Positions 36,812 through 51,730 of a stretch of 64,000 bases of DNA are shown one piece after another (position 1 is the stretch's first letter; each line of letters opens with the position of its first letter). Location of the stretch: positions 5,332,001 through 5,396,000 of the forward strand of contig OZ176052.1 in the NCBI GenBank assembly GCA_964247055.1. The letters run 5' to 3'. The translations under genes were made by a program, and so were the position numbers. Source of the DNA: Paragordius varius (taxonomy: Eukaryota > Animalia > Nematomorpha). The notes beneath the pieces are model-generated. The model did no database searches. It saw only the letters and a list, made by a program, of their open reading frames with translations, and was not told the origin of the DNA.

Positions 36812-39800
36812 ATGCGATTCCTTCATACCATAATTCAAATTTTGGGTATAACTACCATATATTTATCCAATTCGGGGAGCTATTTAAATCCCAGAAAATC
36901 TTTTGCAGAAGCAAATATCTACAAAGGAGGATCTATATATTGGAAACCTTTGGAACCAACAACACCCAACAAAAAAACGGTTTTTTTAAAAAAAAAATAG
37001 CATTTATATTTGTTATAAATAATAATCATATATCACATAATCTGAAATAATTTATTTAGATATAATAAAAATTGATATTTTACAGCACAACATATTATAT
37101 ACAAATATTTATTAACAAACAACCATCTTTTTAAAATCTTATTTTTATCAAATATAATTCATCTTGGATTACGAATTAAGGAATAGAGTTGTAAATTGCT
37201 TATACACTACATAGTTTTAAATTTTAATTAAATATAGTTAATGTAGGAAAATTCGAGAATTAAAAAAATAGTTGTCTTCTAATTTTTGCGTTTTATCCGT
37301 ATATTTCAACAAATTTTATTGCACTTTTATAGCAGACGCGTGTCCAACACAATTGTCACGGGCCGCGCATTTTCAGATCAAAAAATTCGGCGGGCTGCAT
37401 TCGCAACATATACCACTTACAGTTCAAATTCACCCTTGAACAATTCAAATTCATTCTAAAATAAATTATGTGTTTTTTAAGATTAAAAAATATCTTTATT
37501 TTATAATATTTTTATATAAAATTCTGTTTAAAATTAACATAATGCTGAAAAAATAATAAACTATGTCGTAAAAATATATTTCATATATGGGTTAGATTAT
37601 TTGAAAACACATAATTTATTTTTAGGTGAATTTGATTTGTTAAAGGGTCAATTTGAAAATGGTATATATGGGCATTAACAAATATTTTATTAATTTCTAA
37701 ACATACGACTGTAGTAAAAATTCTATTTATTTTAACATTATTTTCTAGTTCTTGTCAAAATTCGGAAAGAGTTATTCAAAAAGTTTGTTTAACAAAATCA
37801 AATTTACTTAGATTTCGTAAAAATGTGTAATTGAAGTTTCTCGTGGGTCACTGATATATTTTGAAAGGCACATGTTGAAGAACCCTGCTTTTCACTATAG
37901 CTAAATTGATTTTGGATATAATAGAATTTCTCATTTAACCATTTTTTTCCATTAATAAAAATCAGAAAAATGATTAGATTATACTGGATTGAAGACTAAT
38001 TTTGGTACTTATTTGAATAATTTAATTGATCCATAAATTAAAGAAATCGGTATCGTTATAATTTTATTTGCAACTTTTTTTCGTATTTTAATTTAATTTT
38101 TTTACGAAAATATTTTTGATTCCTCTGAAAATATTGGTCAAATTTAATTATTCGTTAATTGTTAAGAGAACAATAGTAGGGCATTTTAAATTGTTTTAAC
38201 ATTGTTGTTTTTTCCATACTCTACTGTGATGCAATGCGCCCAACTGTAGTGTGAAATAAGCAACCATTAAAATGCATACTGTATTTTGTTAAAGGAATAG
38301 GTGTGGTTTTTGTTTCATCGCTTACTGATAATATGATTTTTTTGAAAAATTTATTAATTTGTATATAAATAGGTAAAATTTAAATTATGCGACAAAAGGT
38401 ATTAAAAGATAAACATTTTTTGCTAAAAGACAGCCATACTTTTTTAAACATTAATTTTTTAATGTAACTTATCGTTTTAAGTTGCAAATTAGATATAGAG
38501 ATGTATGTTGGAAACATCCATTTTATACTTCAATGTAATTCTATACTTTGTATATGTATAGGGAGTATCGAAGTCAAAAGTATGGTTATCTTTTTTAAAA
38601 AAAGGTTTGGTTTTTAGTTTTTAACTTTTGTCTGTATTATTTCAATTTTTATTGTAATACCAATAGGTTAAATTTCATGAATCATATATGTTAAAAATTG
38701 TAAGTTAGGGCATAGAAAATTATAGATATGAGCTCAGCATTCTAAAAAAAATTATTTGATAAAAATCAAAGGGAAATAAAACTCACTTTACTTTATTATG
38801 GGTCTAAGTCCAGGTTTACATGAACGAAGAAATGTTAATACATATGTTACGATTAAAAATTTGCAATAATTTTAAATGGATAAAATGTATGATATATATA
38901 GTTAATGCGTCCATATCCTTTAAAACGCTTTAAATTTTATCAATCCTTATAAATATGAGGTAAATTTAAATCGGAGGAATGGTTTCTCAGGCCGCATTTG
39001 AAAAATATAGGTGTATATTGACAAAAAATAGCAAATATATTATATCTACTATTTATTTGTTAATTCATTACTAAATAAAAAAACTGATTTGGAAAATTTG
39101 TTTGAAAAATATCAAAACTTTTCTAAGATTTAAATGAGCATGTTTTTCAAATTGTGGAATTCTATATTTGCTAATTTATCAATTTTTTGCGGCCACATGT
39201 TTGACACCCCTATTATAAGATATATATCATTGGTTTTTATAACAGTTCCTATCTTTGATATATAAGGGCTTCCAGAAATCTCTCTTCAGGATTATTTTTT
39301 TTTCAATAAAATTTTTCTATATGTAATTATCAATACATATGCTAAATTTATTAAATCTGACATAATTGAGTGTAATTTATGCAATATTTGTTTGCGAATT
39401 GTAAATATATATATATCAAAGGAGTTACTAACTTAAATTAACCAACATTTTATCGTTTATTATAAATGCATATAAACATAATATAAAGATATATGGGGAT
39501 GGATATTAAAATTTTTTTTTAAATTTTTTTGGTACATCCAACTCTATTATTGGAAGGTACATTAAATCTATTTATATGGTAAAATTTGTATACTATTTGT
39601 GTGGTTAAAAAAATCAATAATAATCAATTAATAAAGCATTTTTAGAAACTATATTTATCATTGACCTTGGTATTCAAACAATCAATATAGAAGAATTGAT
39701 TTTTTCCTTTCTTTGTGTAAAGCAATATGCTTGTTACCACAAAGTACAAAGCCATTTTGAAAGGCAAAAAAAGGAGAAAAAAATCGTATCTTCTGTTCTA

Positions 39801-42800
39801 ATTTGATTTTTTTCTCTGGTTTCCATCATTAGCAAAAAAATAATTTAAGGTTAATTTGCAATGACAATGAACTAGTTTTTTTTATTTTTAACTTTATTTT
39901 ATTGAATTATTGATGAAAAAATTTAGAAAATTTCTGTATTCCATTTTAATTCAATTTTGCGTGGTTATTTTTGTCAAACAAAAAAGTCCCTTTTGTATTA
40001 ATAACTATAAATGATTTTACATACTGGTTTAAAGTTCCGATTTTGTTGTTTAGTAATTTAAATATTTTGAAAAAGTTAATAATATTATTCAAGCGTACAA
40101 TATAAGGAATAATAATTTTTTTAATATGTATAATAAGATTTTTATAAAATGAAAAATTAAACTTTTTACTATATATCCTCCTTGGCAATTATCATGTCTT
40201 TTCCGAAAAATGTATCCTTAAAAATAATATATATATAATGATGATCTTTCCATGGGAATTGTGGTTAGAAAATTATGTTATTCAATATTATTAATCTGGG
40301 GAGGTCATTATAATAAAATATTAGTATACTTGGAAAAAAAATGGTATTCAAACAAAATATTAAATTACAAAAGAAAAGAATTATTACCGCTTCACTGATT
40401 TCATTGAAAAAAAGAAAGAATTTTTTTAAGTTGTAAGTTTAGCAATATGTCATTGAAATGCAATTAATTAGATTTGAAAAAATACATGTTATTTGTTGGA
40501 AATCGCCAAATAGTATATACAATAATGGGAAGTATTATTGGCTTATAGTTATTTATTTCTCTTTTTACTATTATTAGCCAATAATAATTCCCTTTGCTGC
40601 ATATGCTTTTTGCCAATAATTAGAAACTTTCTACCAGTATATACTTACTCATACTGTAATCTATTTATATTTTTTTATTAACAGCGACAGATAAAAAATA
40701 AATCTAATGTACCAATGGGTCATCCTGGTGCCAAAATTTTTTTTATATACAAATAAAAGTTAAAAGATTTGATAGTAACAAAATATGCCATGTTGCTCTA
40801 TTATCAAAAGTGCTTTTATAAATGTTAGTTTAGTTAATTATATAACATACTGGCATTGTACTGTTGAGAAATATTTTAAAGAGTTTGTACGAGTCCTAAA
40901 TCGAAAAATTGAATCAATAAAGAATAAATCCCAAGATTGATCAGTATAATCAACGCTTTATTCAATAAATAAATTAATAATTTACCATAGTTCTTTAGTA
41001 ACTTTGCGCTAAATTATAAAACTCGACTAAATCTTTATGGATACATTCCATAAATTGGTAAAGTTATCGACCCTTTTGAAAACTATACCAAACTTATATA
41101 CAGTACACACTGAGAAAATTTAAAATAATATATTTTATTAACATAATTATAAAACATTAAACGATCTCTTCTTTTTGTAAATAAATACAACCGTGATAAA
41201 TACAAAAATATCAAATATATTGTTGGAAGGAAAGCGACATTTGTAAATTAGGATCCTGATTGCTAATCCCTTGTTTAGGTTATATTAATTGAGGGATATT
41301 TAACGGATTTGCCTTGGGGGTATATAAAATTATAGTTTGATCAAAAATTGAATATATAGTTATATGCTTGTAAAGTTCTTAAAATTTTGATTAATTTATG
41401 TCCCGAAAAGAAGATGATGGAAAAATTATATTATTACACACATTTATTTATATATCGACAGATTGAGATTACATACCGATTGACTTGGTCCAAATCGGAA
41501 GCCGCTAAATCAAACAACAACCAGAATCATAAACGCTTCTGTGAATATTCACCCTTCCTTACTGGAGAAGGGCAGACCGGTTATTTTCATGATTTTTTGG
41601 TATGTAACGCCGGTTGCAATGGACTCAGAACCATATTCCACAATGAATGTAAAGAAGAAAATGAACTGGATGATTGGATAACGGCCCAGGGATCTTTCAA
41701 TTATACTTTATCTACTAAAGCAGCTCCGTACCTAGATATAGGGTATTTCTTTTTGTCTAAGATTAAAAAATTTAACTATAATTTTAAATAGGATCATAAT
41801 AATGTTTTGTGTCTTAAAAGGGGGTGATTGCTAACGATTTCAGTAATAAAACAAATTAAGATTATTTGAGAGCAAAAAATAAATAAATGTATTTTTCATA
41901 TATTATATATATCGTAGTAATGGAATATTTTCATCCATCTTAACCTGTGTTTTAAGGCAAAACATAATTAATACTTAATCCATCTATCAACTTTAGGCTT
42001 ATTTATTAATATTTTTTTTAGTTTTAAAGGCTGTTGTTGGGAAAATGATAATGAAAATAAAGTTCGTCAAAAAGATGTACCATGGTCGCTTATGGTTAAT
42101 GGAAGTTTGAATGTTAGAGAAGATACCGGAAAGCTCAATAATCCTCCCATTCCTGTCAATTCTCCTCTCATTAAGCTCGAACGCGGATGTCTACATCGCT
42201 TTAAACTAAACAGTAATCTATATTAATCCATTTCATTTTGATAAAAATTTTACAGTTTTTTTAAGAGAAATAGGGTCGAATCAAGGTTAACATACCGTGA
42301 CTGTGGTCTTTTTATAACTAACCAGTCTAAATGTGTTAAACATATGTTATAACAAATAATACACCAAAATGAAGATAATATTTTAAAATTTTGATTTTAA
42401 AATTCAATCAGATAGATTTGGAAAATTAATTAATTTAGAAACATTTTCATTTTTTATAATTGATTGGTTATAAACAATAATGACTTCTCTCATAAATGTC
42501 AGACAATAACTAATTCCAAAATATTAATGAAAAGTGTTAAAAACTTGTATTCAATTTAACCTATCTTATATATTAAATTTCGAATTCTGCCTAAAAGACT
42601 CAAATTTTGGTCATTTCACCGTTGACCATTTAGAATTTTTTCACCAAATTAATTTTGCCCCTGATTTTAAATCTATTTTTGTAGTTTTCAAATTATTCTA
42701 AAATGTTTCAAAGCTGTCAGTTTTCAGGTCAAAAATATATTCAAAAACACTTATTTTTATTTTTTAAATTAAACTTGCCGAAAACATTTTACTTAAAATC

Positions 42801-45800
42801 TTATCTATTTTAGGGGCAAATTGAAATTATAAAGGTTAAGAAGACAAGGTTAAAATTTTAAAGTTCTGAAATTTAAAGGGTAAATTGATAGTTTATTATG
42901 GTATATTTAACTATAAACGTTATATGTTATAAATTAATTAATAAAATAATGTTTTGAGTCCTATGAATATTTCTAATTCTATCAGATTATGATGATGACG
43001 GTGATGAAGTAAGGTGCCGATTAGTAAAAATAACTGATTCACAATGTACTAACACCAATAATTTATGCACTCATACCCCCAAAATACTTTTGGATGAAGT
43101 ATAATTGTTTATAAATAACCAGATTTTAGTCAAAACCGTTTAAGATTTATCTTTTCCTAATATATACTGATAAAATTTTATAAACTACCATAAATATTAT
43201 CTTTTAAATTATAAAAGATAGTTAAATATATTTTATTGTTATTGTACAGGACCTACATAAATATTAGTTTTTATTTTCGATTTATATTTGACATAGGAAG
43301 ATTTTAAACCATAATATGCATTCTATTAGCAGACAAGTTTTATTTTATTGCTTGATAACTTGTTTTTTACTCTATAGTTTACTTGTGAAATGAGAGTTGT
43401 CGCGTTGGGGGATGAAAATGTTGTTGGAACGTATAACGTTGAAATCGTGATGGAGGATTACGTTCCTAGTGCTCTTAATATCCGAAGCTTGGTCCATCAA
43501 CAGAGAAGTCGGAGAAATAAACCTCTTAGCACAGTGTCTATGCAAATGATAATACAACTATATGATCCTATCAAAAAAAGTTGCTCTGAAAAAGGGTATG
43601 ATGCATCAGGGTTTTTGGATTTTAGTTCAGCACCATCCATTGCAGCCTTGTCAGATTTTGAGCCGGTTCTTAGACCGATATCAGGTTTATTATAATACCG
43701 TTTTCTTTTAATGCTCCATTTGTCTTTATAATTATGTAACTATCGAATTGGATGTATTAATTAGGATTCCAAAACAACGAATTCGATTGGGCCTCGAGCG
43801 TCGGAAGTCGTCACCAAAATAGGGCCAATAAAATTCGGAGAGCCGGTGTGTTTGTTAGCGTTCCAGATCCCTCCGATCCCAGAAATGGTATAATAACTAA
43901 CAATAATGCGTTCCAAGGGCAAGCCTTTCAACCCCAAATAATTGGACCGCCTGCACCTCCTACAGTTATAGCTGCCCCTTCACAACCCGCATTTCCATTT
44001 GCTCCATTTTCCGGTTCCTCCGTTCCACAAACAGTGGCCGCTCCTATAGTTTTTCCAGCCCCGGCTCCAACAAATAACGTTATATCACCATCCATCACAC
44101 CAGCTTCAACCAATTCGGAATGTATTGAAGTCCCACTCTCGCTAACTTTTCAGGGTACCATATATGTCAGAAGTCCAACGCCGGACTATACGTAATTATA
44201 TATATATATATATGTGTAGCGACGCTTGTCTGATCAATGTCAAATAATAATATTTTTTACACAAAATTTTATATATTTTTGCCCCGTAGATTTTACTATC
44301 TTTTTATGATTAAATTTTTAAGGCAAAAATTTTTCGTTTAGTAAGATCAAATCCATATGTATCTGGCGGGGGAATGGTTTTGATTAATGTTAATCCATTT
44401 AATCGGAAATAAGTGTAAATGTACACATTAGTTTCATGAATTTTGACAAAAATCGGAACCCTTTTTGCTTCCGTTTCCGTCCAGTTAACTATTTAATTAC
44501 GGTTTTATTTTTTTCGCATTAAATGGTTTAAGCTTCAATGTAGTTATAAAAAAATGGTTTTGATTTCAATGTTTTTCGCGAAAAAATTAGGTGATCCATT
44601 TTAATTAAAATTTACAAATAGCCTATAATGTGAAAACCAACAATATGTAAACACAAACAGCAATTTTTTAATGCTATTTTTAACTGAAAAATAGGGATTT
44701 TAACAGGAATCGGTTTCATTGAGTTGGAATCAATAAGGTTTCGGTTCCAATTGTCCATAAACCAACCCGTTTGGGGTTCCACCTCCAAAATAAATGGTTC
44801 CTATATTTGATTTCTCAAAAATAATTTATATTTGATTGTAGGTTACCATTTTTCTAAATCACAAAATGGAATGACCATTAGATATTAATTTGAATGTAAT
44901 TTTATAATAAAATTGATCATATGATAACATATTTTCTCGTATCCGATTTTAACGAAATTAGTTGATAATTTTTTTCTAAAATATCTCCCTTTAATGCTAA
45001 AGAAAACCGGAGACATAATTATTTAAGAAAAATCTTTTTTCTATAGATTAAGAACCATTGTAATTAATGGAAAAAACTTGTGGTAAAAAATAAAATATAT
45101 GGTTTTATAGCTAAAAAGGGAGAATACGATAAATTTTTCCTGGTTATGCATACTCTAATTTTTTACTTCTAATTTATAGTTTCTATTTAAAATAATTTTA
45201 CAACCCCTAAATTTTAAAAACCATAATCCATAATGTCCTACGCATAAGGCAAAAAAATGAGCCATACTATATATCATTAGTACTTAAACTTGAAAAAATA
45301 ATAAAAAATTATATTGGGATCCCAAGACAATATAATGTATGAATTTACAATGGTTTATATTATGGTTTATATTATAATTATAAAAATTGTGGAAAATCAT
45401 TTGATGAATCGGGAATGAAAACCGTTCTGGAACCGTTTAACTTTTAGGGAACCACCCCGGTTTCGGTTCCAAAATTTTATACCCCGGTTTCATTTTTAAA
45501 AACATATTTTCCAAAATAAATAGTAAACATATTTATAATATGGTTACATTGTAGAAGAAAATTAATTTGTATTACCACGTAAAACCGCGATTCTCCAGTG
45601 GTTTTAAATTATTTTATTATTACTACACAAGGTGATTGTTTAATATATGTTTATTTTGTCCCTTTAACAATGAACGACAACCTTTGATATATTTGAAAAT
45701 GATTATATATATTTTTTTTTCAGGGTCCAAAATGTTTTTACGGTCTCGCCTACGGGTCTTCAAACTTCGCCGGTTTACAAGGTATCCGACAATCCGCCAT

Positions 45801-48800
45801 TATTTGGTCAAAATGTGACATGGCTTCCATCAAGCACACAAACCGGACCAAATAGCTTCTGTTTTTTCGCCGTAAACACCGTTGGTCAACGAAGTGCAAC
45901 TTCATGCCTAACCCTTTACGTTACAGGTTTGTTGTTAGAATATTATTACTGTGTTACAATATGACTGGCTATATTCCATTTGATATTGGTAAAAGTTTAT
46001 CATTTATTTTATAAATGTGAAATTGTGTCAAATTTTAACAAAAAAATTAGATGATATTAATATTTTTATGAGACGAATATGATGATAATTATTTTAATAT
46101 TTGACATCTTTAGCTCAAACTCAAGGAACTGTTAACGCTTGTACAAAAAGACCACAAGGTAATATTTTTATTCTTAATATATTATATTTATATGGGTGTA
46201 TCTTTAGCATTTAATTTATGATTATATTATAATAAAAAGTCATTTTAAAAAATGCGATACAACAAAAGCTGAAATCCAGGTCATGATTTTAATCACCGAA
46301 TCTTTCAAAAAAGCAATCTGTAATTTAAAATTCGTAGGCCAGTTGAAATATTTATGTAGCAATTTGGCGCATCCAAAGCAAATTTAATAAATTAAAATAG
46401 TTGAAAAAAGTAATTTATTTCTTCTATCCCATTAAGTTAAATGCACCAGCGGAGGTTTGGAAGTTTCCTTGCTCGTGGATGATCCGAAATTTAACAATGG
46501 CATATTTTATGTGAAAAACAATTTTAAACAGCCCGGGTGCCAACTTATGATTCCGCCAACGGGGAAATCGGAAGCGAGATTACGAATACCACTTGGTGCC
46601 TGTGGATTGCAAATTAATCCGGTAAAAAACTCTTTATAATATATTAAACATCTAACTTATGTCAGAAATAATTGTTTTATAACGTTATTAGCAAACTATG
46701 AGGTATGAAACGATTGTGGTTTTGCAACCTCATTCTATGTTAGTGACGAATATGGCTCGGGCTTATCATGTTGTTTGTCAACCATCTTTGAATATGGTTG
46801 AAATTCCAGTCCGGAATAAGGCGGATGTCAAGTATTTTCTTTTTATATAAACTCTAACTTTTTTATGAAATGAGACATAAAACTTAAATACACTTCATTA
46901 ATTATTAAATTTTTTTATAGGTATACAATAATAAAATATATTAAATGACCATATTATAAATAGTAAAATCACAATAATACTAGTTTCAAATCCACAAAAG
47001 GGATAAAAAATAAACTGTATAAAATACTTTAAAAATATTTAATACTCTTAAAATTCTTAATATAGCATACATTGGGTATTTTTAATAAGAAACAATTTTA
47101 AATAGAATTGTCAAGTAAAAGATTTTATCAATAAATGTTGTTTCCATAGCATGATAACGACGGAAAATACTTTGCGACAAACGCATATGCCCCCAATGCC
47201 AATCATGCTTTTCACCGATGAGAATGGACAACCCTTAACTCGAGCTTCGTTGGGTCAGAATGTCCGAGTGGGATTATTTCTGCCCAATCAAGGTAAACAA
47301 CACAGATTATTTTATTATTAAAATTTCGAATTTAATCTGTCGACTCAATTTTTCTATTTTTTTATTCATCCTTTAGAAAACTATGAGATGCGAATCCGGT
47401 CTTGTGTTGCACGCGCTCGTGAAACTACCTGGCAATTCGAACTTATTGATGCCAGAGGGTAAACATCTTTTTTTAATGGGCATAAACGGTTTAAAAGTAT
47501 ATTTAAGCAATCATTTTTCCATAAACCAAAATTAGTTTCAACAATATAATTATATATTTGCTGTATAAAGTAAAAGATTTTACGCACCATAAAATGGTTA
47601 AAGTCATAAAGATATATTTTGCATTTTAGATGTCCAACCGATCCTGAAATATTTCCTCAATTTCAAATGATGTCCAAGGGTACAGCTATTTCAACTTTTC
47701 CAGCCTTTAAATTTCCGGATTCAGAGTTTATACAAATGGAATGTGTGGTAACAGTTTGTTGGCAACAATGTCCTGCGGTAAAAATATATTATTTAAAATT
47801 ATCGTTTATTTTATTATAAAAAAAGTTCCAATTATTTTGAATATCATGTGTTTAATTTTAATTTATGTTATCGTTTTAACATCCAAATTCTGATTTAAAA
47901 TTTAAGTGGTGCTAAACCATCATTATTATAATATATAATCAATTCTAATTATTAGGTTCCAACAAAATAATTAGGTTGGAATAATATTCATAATTTTTAT
48001 TGAATATTACAAAAGCTATAATAGGCTGGTTTACCGATATTAACTAATATAATTAATTTAGCGCCTTAATCCCATATGTGGAGCCGGTGGCATTTCTGGT
48101 GGACGCCAAATTATCGTGAAAAGTCCTTTCGTTCAACCAATCGGAGCGAATAATGGAGCAGCTTCACTTCCAGTCCAACAATCTTTACCAGCTGGAGGAG
48201 TTATTTCTCCGACCTTCTTTGTGCCCAAAAGTTTGAACTCTAATCCATCTGCTGTTTTTGGTCCACCTGCCAGTTTTAATAATGGCTCCTCAGTCGTATT
48301 TTTCCCTAATCCCAATCCCAATGGCTTCATCGCTCAAAATGGTGTAAACACGGGATCGGTTCAATTTTCAGTTCAACCGCAGGCTAGACCAGGCGATAGT
48401 TTTGTTATCGATGAAGCTGGTCGACAAAGGAGGAAAACGAGAACAGGGACACCGAACCCATTATTCGCAAGTGATGGTGATAGCAATGTTGTACTTAATC
48501 GTGAAAGACGTCGTACCGTTCAACCCTTCTTCAAATTCATAGGAATTCGTAATCCTGATTCCCAACACTCATATTCATTAGCACGTAAAACGAATGGTGC
48601 TACTCCAGACTCCCCCTTATCACAAGCAAAGAAGGATATACAAGTACCTTATAAGGACTTTTACGATGCTCAAGATGTCATGATAGATGACACCAACAAT
48701 TTTCACAAATTTAGTAATGAAGATTTGAGAGATGATAAATTATCTGATTCACTCCATAACAATAAAAATATTGTGTTGACACCCAATCCATCGCAACAAA

Positions 48801-49819
48801 CTTTTGTGACAAGCAGCCGGGTCATAAGTAAAAGAACCCTGGATCCTAAGGATCAAATCAATAGGCAAGAGCAAACACAAGCTTCTGTTAAGAGTAACAT
48901 AAAAAGCATGGGAACTGATACAAAAGATGAATTAGATTTAACCATATCTTCGAAATATCTTGAAATATTTGATGATTCCAAAAATGACAACAAAAGAGAA
49001 AACAAAGAGAATGATGAAAATACGGATCAAAAAATAATAGTTGAGGAAGATACAATCGAACGGCTACGATACTCTGCGGGTAATTTTCATATACCTTTAT
49101 AATTATGACCATAGTTTATAAATTATATTAATTATTTTAAAGCAAAGCATAATAAAACACGATAAAAAGATACTAGTTCCGGAACTCAAATGCATTCACA
49201 CATATGCACATACTTTTAAATTGCTTAATATTTTTGAATTTATTATTGATGACGGAACTCCATTTTGTCCGAAACTAGTATAGTGTTTATTATATTTTGC
49301 TTTTAAATAAATTATATTAAATAAATACAGAGAGCAAATAAATAAAAAATTTTATTGAAATATATTTTTCTTATTTATTAACAGTGAGATTTTTATGTTA
49401 TCATTCTTTGTCAATAATTATTTCCCTGGATATTAATAGTTGGAAATGATGACATAGAAGATATTACCGGTGAAAAAATATCCGTCTTTACCCATAACCA
49501 AAATCTTGGCTTAAAATCAAATCCTCTGTTAGACTCCACAGGATCAACCACAAAAGATGATATTTGCTTAGGCTTTGATAAATCTCGGGGAAACAGGGCT
49601 CACTCAACTGTTTCAAGACCCAAAACTTTTGCATTTCTCCTTACTGGTGTTATGGCATTTTCCTCCATTATTGTGACACTCCTAACCTTTTTATATTGCG
49701 TCAAACAGAATCGTGACGCATTTCATTTAATGACATATGGTGGAAACAATAATATACCGCGTCCAACAACTTCCTCTTCAGTAGTCAGCTCTACACCAAC
49801 CACCTCAATACTATCTTAA
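36812..49819 (+). CDS. 1276-aa type I membrane protein: signal peptide, Sib/integrin-beta-like N-terminal region, Pro-rich linker, ZP-N + ZP-C module (cuticlin/dusky-like), furin sites, TM helix. Exons 36812-36979, 41462-41742, 42022-42212, 42986-43098, 43378-43684, 43765-44191, 45724-45926, 46114-46158, 46437-46621, 46692-46831, 47150-47292, 47377-47458, 47630-47777, 48062-49079, 49440-49819
   Basis: 15 GT-AG-joined exons total 3831 nt in frame. ZP-N has VKCTSGG, PGCQL, GACGL, YETIVVLQPH...ARAYHVVC. ZP-C has IRSCVAR, IDARGCPTDPEIF, AFKFPDS, MECVVTVCWQQCP. RQRR and RERRR follow, then TM FAFLLTGVMAFSSIIVTLLTFLYCV. The N-terminal motifs YKGGSIYWKP, FKGCCWE, DTGKLNNPP, DDDGDEVRCR and VTWLP..TQTGPNSFCF resemble the 'HFRGGTISW/GCCW/DGD.VRCR' family as I recall it. 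Confidence 0.85.
37333..39211. mobile_element. hAT-type non-autonomous element(s) in intron 1 of the ZP gene
   Basis: Left end CAGACGCGTGTCCAAC...CACGGGCCGC and right end GCGGCCACATGTTTGACACCCCT. Whether they belong to one element is not certain. Confidence 0.5.
40470..40658. mobile_element. ~195-bp MITE, copy D (left arm decayed)
   Basis: Right arm CTTTGCTGCATATGC...TATACTTACTCATACTGTA is the same type as copies A-C. Confidence 0.75.
49136..49304. mobile_element. Short palindromic MITE in the last intron of the ZP gene
   Basis: Inverted arms ATAATAAAACAC...TACTAGTTCCGGA and TCCGAAACTAGTATAGTGTTTATTAT. A related copy lies at 1312-1445. Confidence 0.6.
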
Positions 49820-50184
49820 AAATAATGTATATAAATAACTTAAAAAGGTATCCAAAATACTGGATATTTGGAAAGCATTGCATTTATATTCAATGATGCA
49901 TCAGATTTTACATCTAATATATTATGATATGCTAAAAAATATCTACATGGCAATCTCACATTTCTATATAAATTATTTTTCATAGAATATTTAATAACTA
50001 TATAAATATTTTTTTTGCTATTTTAAGCCAGTTAAATATAATTAAATATCGTTAAATGACACTTATATAAGAAAAAAACATGTACATTATAAATTTTATT
50101 TTACGACACTAGTATTTTAAAATAAATTAATTTATTGTATTGGATATTATTGCATAAATGGCTATCATCCTAAATGTAAATGAC

Positions 50185-50196
50185 ATATATATATAT

Positions 50197-50239
<43 letters not shown>

Positions 50240-50245
50240 TATATA
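50185..50245. repeat. (TA)n microsatellite. Similar tracts lie at ~4660, 8487, 29340, 35010, 35738, 44196, 50674 and 53128
   Basis: Directly visible TA dinucleotide runs. Confidence 0.95.
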
Positions 50246-50639
50246 AGCAAGAAGTTAAATAAACTGATACATATTGAAAAGGGTTTTTTTATAGACAGAT
50301 TTATTTGATTGTTTGGTTTTAAATGAAATATATATACCAGCAAATTAAGAGTGCGGTATGCATTTTTAATTAATGGAAATTGTTCAAATCGTTAATATTG
50401 TCATTTTACCACAGTTTAAATTGTAATTTAGTTAAGGCAGTTAAGTACTTCCCTATATTTATTTTTAAATAATAATTAGCAGAATTAAAGTCGCTTTTTA
50501 AGGGTCTGAAAATTCGCTTTCGGAGCCTAGAAATTTAGAATTTAATATACACTGTTTTAATGATTAAATATACTTTATAATATAAAATGAAATTGTAAGA
50601 TGAAGCATCTAGTCTTAACTAGAAGAATTATTTAACATA

Positions 50640-50662
50640 TAACTGGGCACAAAATCGGAGGG

Positions 50663-50693
<31 letters not shown>

Positions 50694-51730
50694 TGATAGA
50701 AAAATATATCACGATTCTCATGACGCTTTTGGTTTTAGGGCTAACGTGTGATATAAGTAAGTATTTGCACTTATAAGGTCTGCCCAATAATGTAAAACCG
50801 CAAAATACCGCACATTATGCTAAATACAGTTTGTTTGGCAAAAGCCAAATGCTTTATTTCAAAAATATAATGAAAATAATATACTATATTAAAGAAGCAA
50901 ACTAATAAAGTTACGTTAGATGTGGGCTTGAAAGTCTCAAATTTTGCGCCCCTGCCCCCTTTAAAATGGGCTGGTTTTCTTTCAAAAAAGGCAAGAATTC
51001 CGGTATTTTGCGATAAAATTATTTAAGATATGATAGATACCGATAAAAATTGATAAAATGCACATTTTGTTCAAAAACTTAATTTTTTTTCAAACTATAT
51101 TGAAGCATGATGGAAACGGTATAAAATCCATTTAAAGTTTTATAAAAACACTTTTTCATAATTCGATGGTGCTTTCTATCGCCTCAAAAATCATTCAAAC
51201 ATGAAAGCAAACAAACCCGTAAATCAAAATCTGGAGTAGGAAGGTTCAGCATCCTCAAATTATATAGATGTATATCTTAAAGCTTTTTTACGTTAACATC
51301 ATGCTTCAACAAAATTTGCAAAAATTTTCGAAAAAAGTAGGGATTTTTTTAAAAATAATTTTTTTGGGTGTCACAATCTATGATATATTATAATGAATAA
51401 TGGTGCAACCTCGGCTTTTTACTCTATTGTAATAAACTAGTCCTTGGGCCCAAAAAATTTGAATTCTTACAAACCCCACACTTAAAAATAAAAAATTTTT
51501 AAAATAAAGTATAGTAATGAATTTTATATTTTTTGTTAGCTTTTGCCGAAAAAAATTATTTAGCGTAATGTCACTTAATTTTACGATTTTTTTATATGGA
51601 GCAACTACCACAAAAATACAAATATTATATAAGTCCTTTATCCAAAACCAAAGCACCATAAAATTCCGATACATTTGTTTTAGCTGAAATTATATATTTT
51701 ATCAAGATATATTTTGTTGTGTGCACTGTG
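50640..51730. mobile_element. Second near-complete copy of the ~1.1-kb foldback element
   Basis: Left end CTGGGCACAAAATCGGAGGG + (TA)n, right end CACTGTG at 51724-51730, internal inverted pair TTGAAGCATGATG / CATCATGCTTCAA. Confidence 0.75.

Noticed and set aside
43372-48330. Minus-strand ORFs 43372-43557, 43928-44113 and 48133-48330
   Set aside because: They are antisense shadows of ZP-gene exons.
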